A DNA stretch of 63,270 nucleotides, filler included, from Rhabdomonas costata (taxonomy: Eukaryota), in the NCBI GenBank assembly GCA_019059605.1. It is 54 parts of 54 records of this genome, joined end to end, with 100 filler letters (N's around TTAATTAATTAA, not from the genome) between each part and the next. Parts side by side here need not be neighbours in the genome. Positions count along the whole stretch, not along the records: positions 59,852 to 60,924 come from JAHMHO010030032.1; positions 61,025 to 62,097 come from JAHMHO010030033.1; positions 62,198 to 63,270 come from JAHMHO010030034.1; 51 more parts are not named here. The stretch is one strand, 5' to 3'. Position numbers and translations under genes: made by a program. A model generated the notes under the pieces. The model saw only the letters and a list, made by a program, of their open reading frames with translations, was not told where the DNA came from and ran no database searches. Positions 60,613-63,270 of the stretch are shown here, one piece after another. How positions within the stretch are numbered: position 1 is the stretch's first letter; the number at the start of each line of letters is the position of its first letter.

Positions 60613-61394
60613 AACCAGAATCGCGACTTAATCAAATACTCAATCAAATATCTGAGCGGCAAAGCAGCATGCAGGTGCCGGAGGTCCGCTGAAAGACAGA
60701 CAAAAACGTGTTCACCTTATTCTCCAGCCCTGAAATGCTGCTGACAGAAAGACTGAGTCAGTGGTCAAAAACGATTCTCTGGTCCCATTCGAATGCGGAT
60801 CAATTCATCAAGACATCAAAGTCTACCACTGTCACTCCATAAAGTGATGGGACAAATAAAGTCAAGTGTATAACTTCAACACACCGCTGTCAGAGATGAT
60901 GTACGCCGTCTTACCCACACAAACNNNNNNNNNNNNNNNNNNNNNNNNNNNNNNNNNNNNNNNNNNNNTTAATTAATTAANNNNNNNNNNNNNNNNNNNN
61001 NNNNNNNNNNNNNNNNNNNNNNNNGTGTTTTGCCATTAAACTACCAAATCTACCAAATTTTCGGAAAAATTGCCGCAAAATGCCTTGATGACAAGATTTC
61101 GGAAGTCCCTATGGGACGAAGGGTAAGAAAGCAAAGGACACAAAACAAATGAAATTGATGCCATTACCTGGCCTGGTCCTGGCATATGAGCGGCAAATGC
61201 CATACAAGAAGTACAAAATGCGCCCACTTGCTTAATCATGGTGGGTGAAATGAGCATCATATGCCATTCCACTTGTACTTTTAATCACCTGTGAATTAAT
61301 CCATGAAAGTTGTCCACGGAGGTCGTCTCTTAAACGTGAGACAATGTGCCATTGTCTTCCAAGCACAGCGGTTGCTTCCAGTACTTCCAATCTT

Positions 61395-61660
61395 GCCTGA
61401 TTTTTTTTCAGCTTTTTATACAATAATGCATCCGAGCATTGTGGTGCAACCAGCAGTACCATGCTCCGGTCAGCGAGGATTTTGTCAATTTTTCAAGTAC
61501 ATCGTCCAGCAACGACCACGGAGGATTTGCAAAAAGAATTTGGTCCGGTCCCCAGTGGTATTCAAGGAGTTGTAGCCCTCTTCCTACCAGTCCTCCGGAT
61601 AATCCAAATAGTATCTGCTCAATTGATGATGTTTCCGGATTGCAAACAGATCCACCTGAG
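61395..61660 (-). mobile_element. DIRS/PAT-type retrotransposon remnant: N6-adenine methyltransferase-like domain, frameshifted
   Basis: DLFAIRKHHQLSRYY ... HWGPDQILFANPPWSLLDDVLEK / KILADRSMVLLVAP...YKKL follows the DIRS MT motif order DLFA...W...ANPP.SL..VL.K...LLVAP. Confidence 0.72.
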
Positions 61661-62787
61661 GAACCAGGTAAAAGTTCTGGAAGATTCACACAAACACTGT
61701 GTGACACAGCATTTTATCCTCCTCACCTCCAAAGCTGCGATGCTGTTCCCTTGCAATCTTCATGAGCGTGGAACGGACATGCTCAGTTCTACCGCGCTCC
61801 CCACTGGAAGTGGAGCAGCCTCTTCCTGTGGGTATGGTGTGGGCTGAAGCACAATTACATCCCATGGAATTGCACCAATTTGTGGGGAAGGTTTGATCGC
61901 TCATCTTGAATAACAGGTTCATCAGCCTGCTCGTGCGTGGGCAGCTGGTCAAAGGTGTCCAGCTTCCTAGTATCGAACGGGATCAGATCGCTAAAATGGA
62001 ATACAGGCTTCATCTTCTTCCGGAGTTTCGCAGGGATGTCAGTCTCAAAGGTTCTCTTCGTGATCTGCTTCTTGATCTTGTAAGGACCAGCGGCCTTNNN
62101 NNNNNNNNNNNNNNNNNNNNNNNNNNNNNNNNNNNNNNNNNTTAATTAATTAANNNNNNNNNNNNNNNNNNNNNNNNNNNNNNNNNNNNNNNNNNNNTGG
62201 TTTGGAGTGTAGGGTATTGGTGCAGTGGGTTGGTTGGGTCGTTTGAGTGGTTGGAGTGGGATTGGCAAATGGGCTCGGTCTTTGGGTTGGGGGTTGGGTT
62301 CTGAGGTTGGGGTTGTGGGATGGGCAGGAGAGTTGGAGGGTTGGGTCTTGGGCATGAGTGGTTGGGTTGGAGGGGGGCGTTCTATTTGTTGATGTAAATG
62401 AGCATGAAGTGGCTCGGGTCCTGCGTACGGCTTTCAATTCAAAACATTGCGTGTCTGTTCCGTCAGAACAAATTTTGGCTTGCTGCGGCATGTTGAAAAG
62501 TGAAATTCTTTGCATCTGGCTTTTCTTCCAGACACACACACATACACGCTGTCCTCTCAGTATGTTTGCTTGGGAAAGTAGAATGGTGACCGAATCTTCC
62601 CACTTCCGCTGCCGTGATGCCATGATGACACTAACGGCCTGTCGCTTGCCTGTCTGAGCATCTCCAGGCATGAAGGTATCACGGGTCATGAAGGGATGGC
62701 GGGATTTATATGCAACCCGTTGCTGTTTTTTCTCTCGTAAAAGCAACCTCACTTCTTTCTCGCTTTCGTCTTTGACTGTTCTCTCCG

Positions 62788-63270
62788 ATGAACACTGAGT
62801 TTCCGGCAAAGGTTCCCAAGGTGACAGTGAGCTTTGGCTCCGAGGTGGTGCCCTTGCTGCTGCACTTCCCGAGGCCCGAGGGCTTCGTTGAAATTGACGA
62901 AGACATCCCCTCCCAGGTCACAGCGTACAACCTGCGCACCCTGTTTAAGCTTGCCGGCCCCGTCAGCCTCTGTGCTGAGGGAGGTGCCGATGCAGAGGTT
63001 CTTCCTGACCCAGAAGGCAACTTCCCGCTGACATGGCAAACTCATCAAGGGGTCAGCTTCAAGGTCTACGGAGAGCCCCTTGTAGCCAGCCAAGACGATC
63101 CCAAAAAGGCCCGCGAGAAGACCGAGCAGGCCAACATCCGGTCCAAGGCCTTGGCCCGAACCCTCGAGCATGCTGGTAGAAAGGCTGAGACCACGTTCGA
63201 GGACTGGAAGAAAAAGGTCCAGCAGAGAGCCAGGTCGCAGAAAGCGTCTGGCGCAGCCACCACCCCACCC
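62788..63270 (+). CDS. N-terminus of an unknown protein (absent from the ORF track; open to window end)
   Basis: ATG at 62788, MNTEFPAKVPKVTVSFGSE...VTAYNLRTLFKL...VLPDPEGNFPL...FKVYGEP..., about 160 codons without a stop, high GC3. Confidence 0.75.
   Translation, partial: MNTEFPAKVPKVTVSFGSEVVPLLLHFPRPEGFVEIDEDIPSQVTAYNLRTLFKLAGPVSLCAEGGADAEVLPDPEGNFPLTWQTHQGVSFKVYGEPLVASQDDPKKAREKTEQANIRSKALARTLEHAGRKAETTFEDWKKKVQQRARSQKASGAATTPP

Noticed and set aside
1075-62197. Regularly spaced TTAATTAATTAA as a CRISPR-like or biological repeat
   Set aside because: Always embedded in fixed N runs; it is a concatenation linker.
1-63270. Gene clusters spanning neighbouring contigs (for example the viral island next to the ankyrin gene)
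   Set aside because: Contigs appear grouped by length, not position; adjacency across linkers carries no information.

Overview
This window is not one locus. It is 54 unrelated contigs of about 1.05-1.08 kb, joined by an artificial 100-nt linker (44 N + TTAATTAATTAA + 44 N, stops in all six frames), so synteny across linkers means nothing and ORF-track entries with X runs are artefacts. Most contigs start G/T-only and end A/C-only, consistent with GenomePlex-type whole-genome amplification. The DNA is from an intron-rich flagellated eukaryote: GT-AG introns with GTRYG-type donors, KIF6 and axonemal dynein. A euglenozoan (euglenid-like) source is my inference. Recognisable spliced exons: amino-acid transporter, KIF6, METTL21-like methyltransferase, kelch protein, dynein heavy chain, SEPSECS, PEP mutase, NACHT NTPase, two class III nucleotide cyclases, three Cache-like sensor fragments, large-subunit catalase, ABC-F, M16 peptidase, CPSase/CAD, ADCK kinase, calpain domain III and ankyrin proteins. 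Most notable: (1) an AT-rich island of decayed giant-virus-like genes (SF2 helicase with DECH plus IS5-family transposase) abutting host-like DNA; (2) a CRE/SLACS-like retrotransposon fragment in an intron; (3) a DIRS-type N6-adenine methylase remnant; (4) a frameshifting 95-nt non-GT-AG insert in an ankyrin gene; (5) intron-bounded PEP mutase and clade-2 catalase exons. All family calls are motif recognition by eye; no searches were run.
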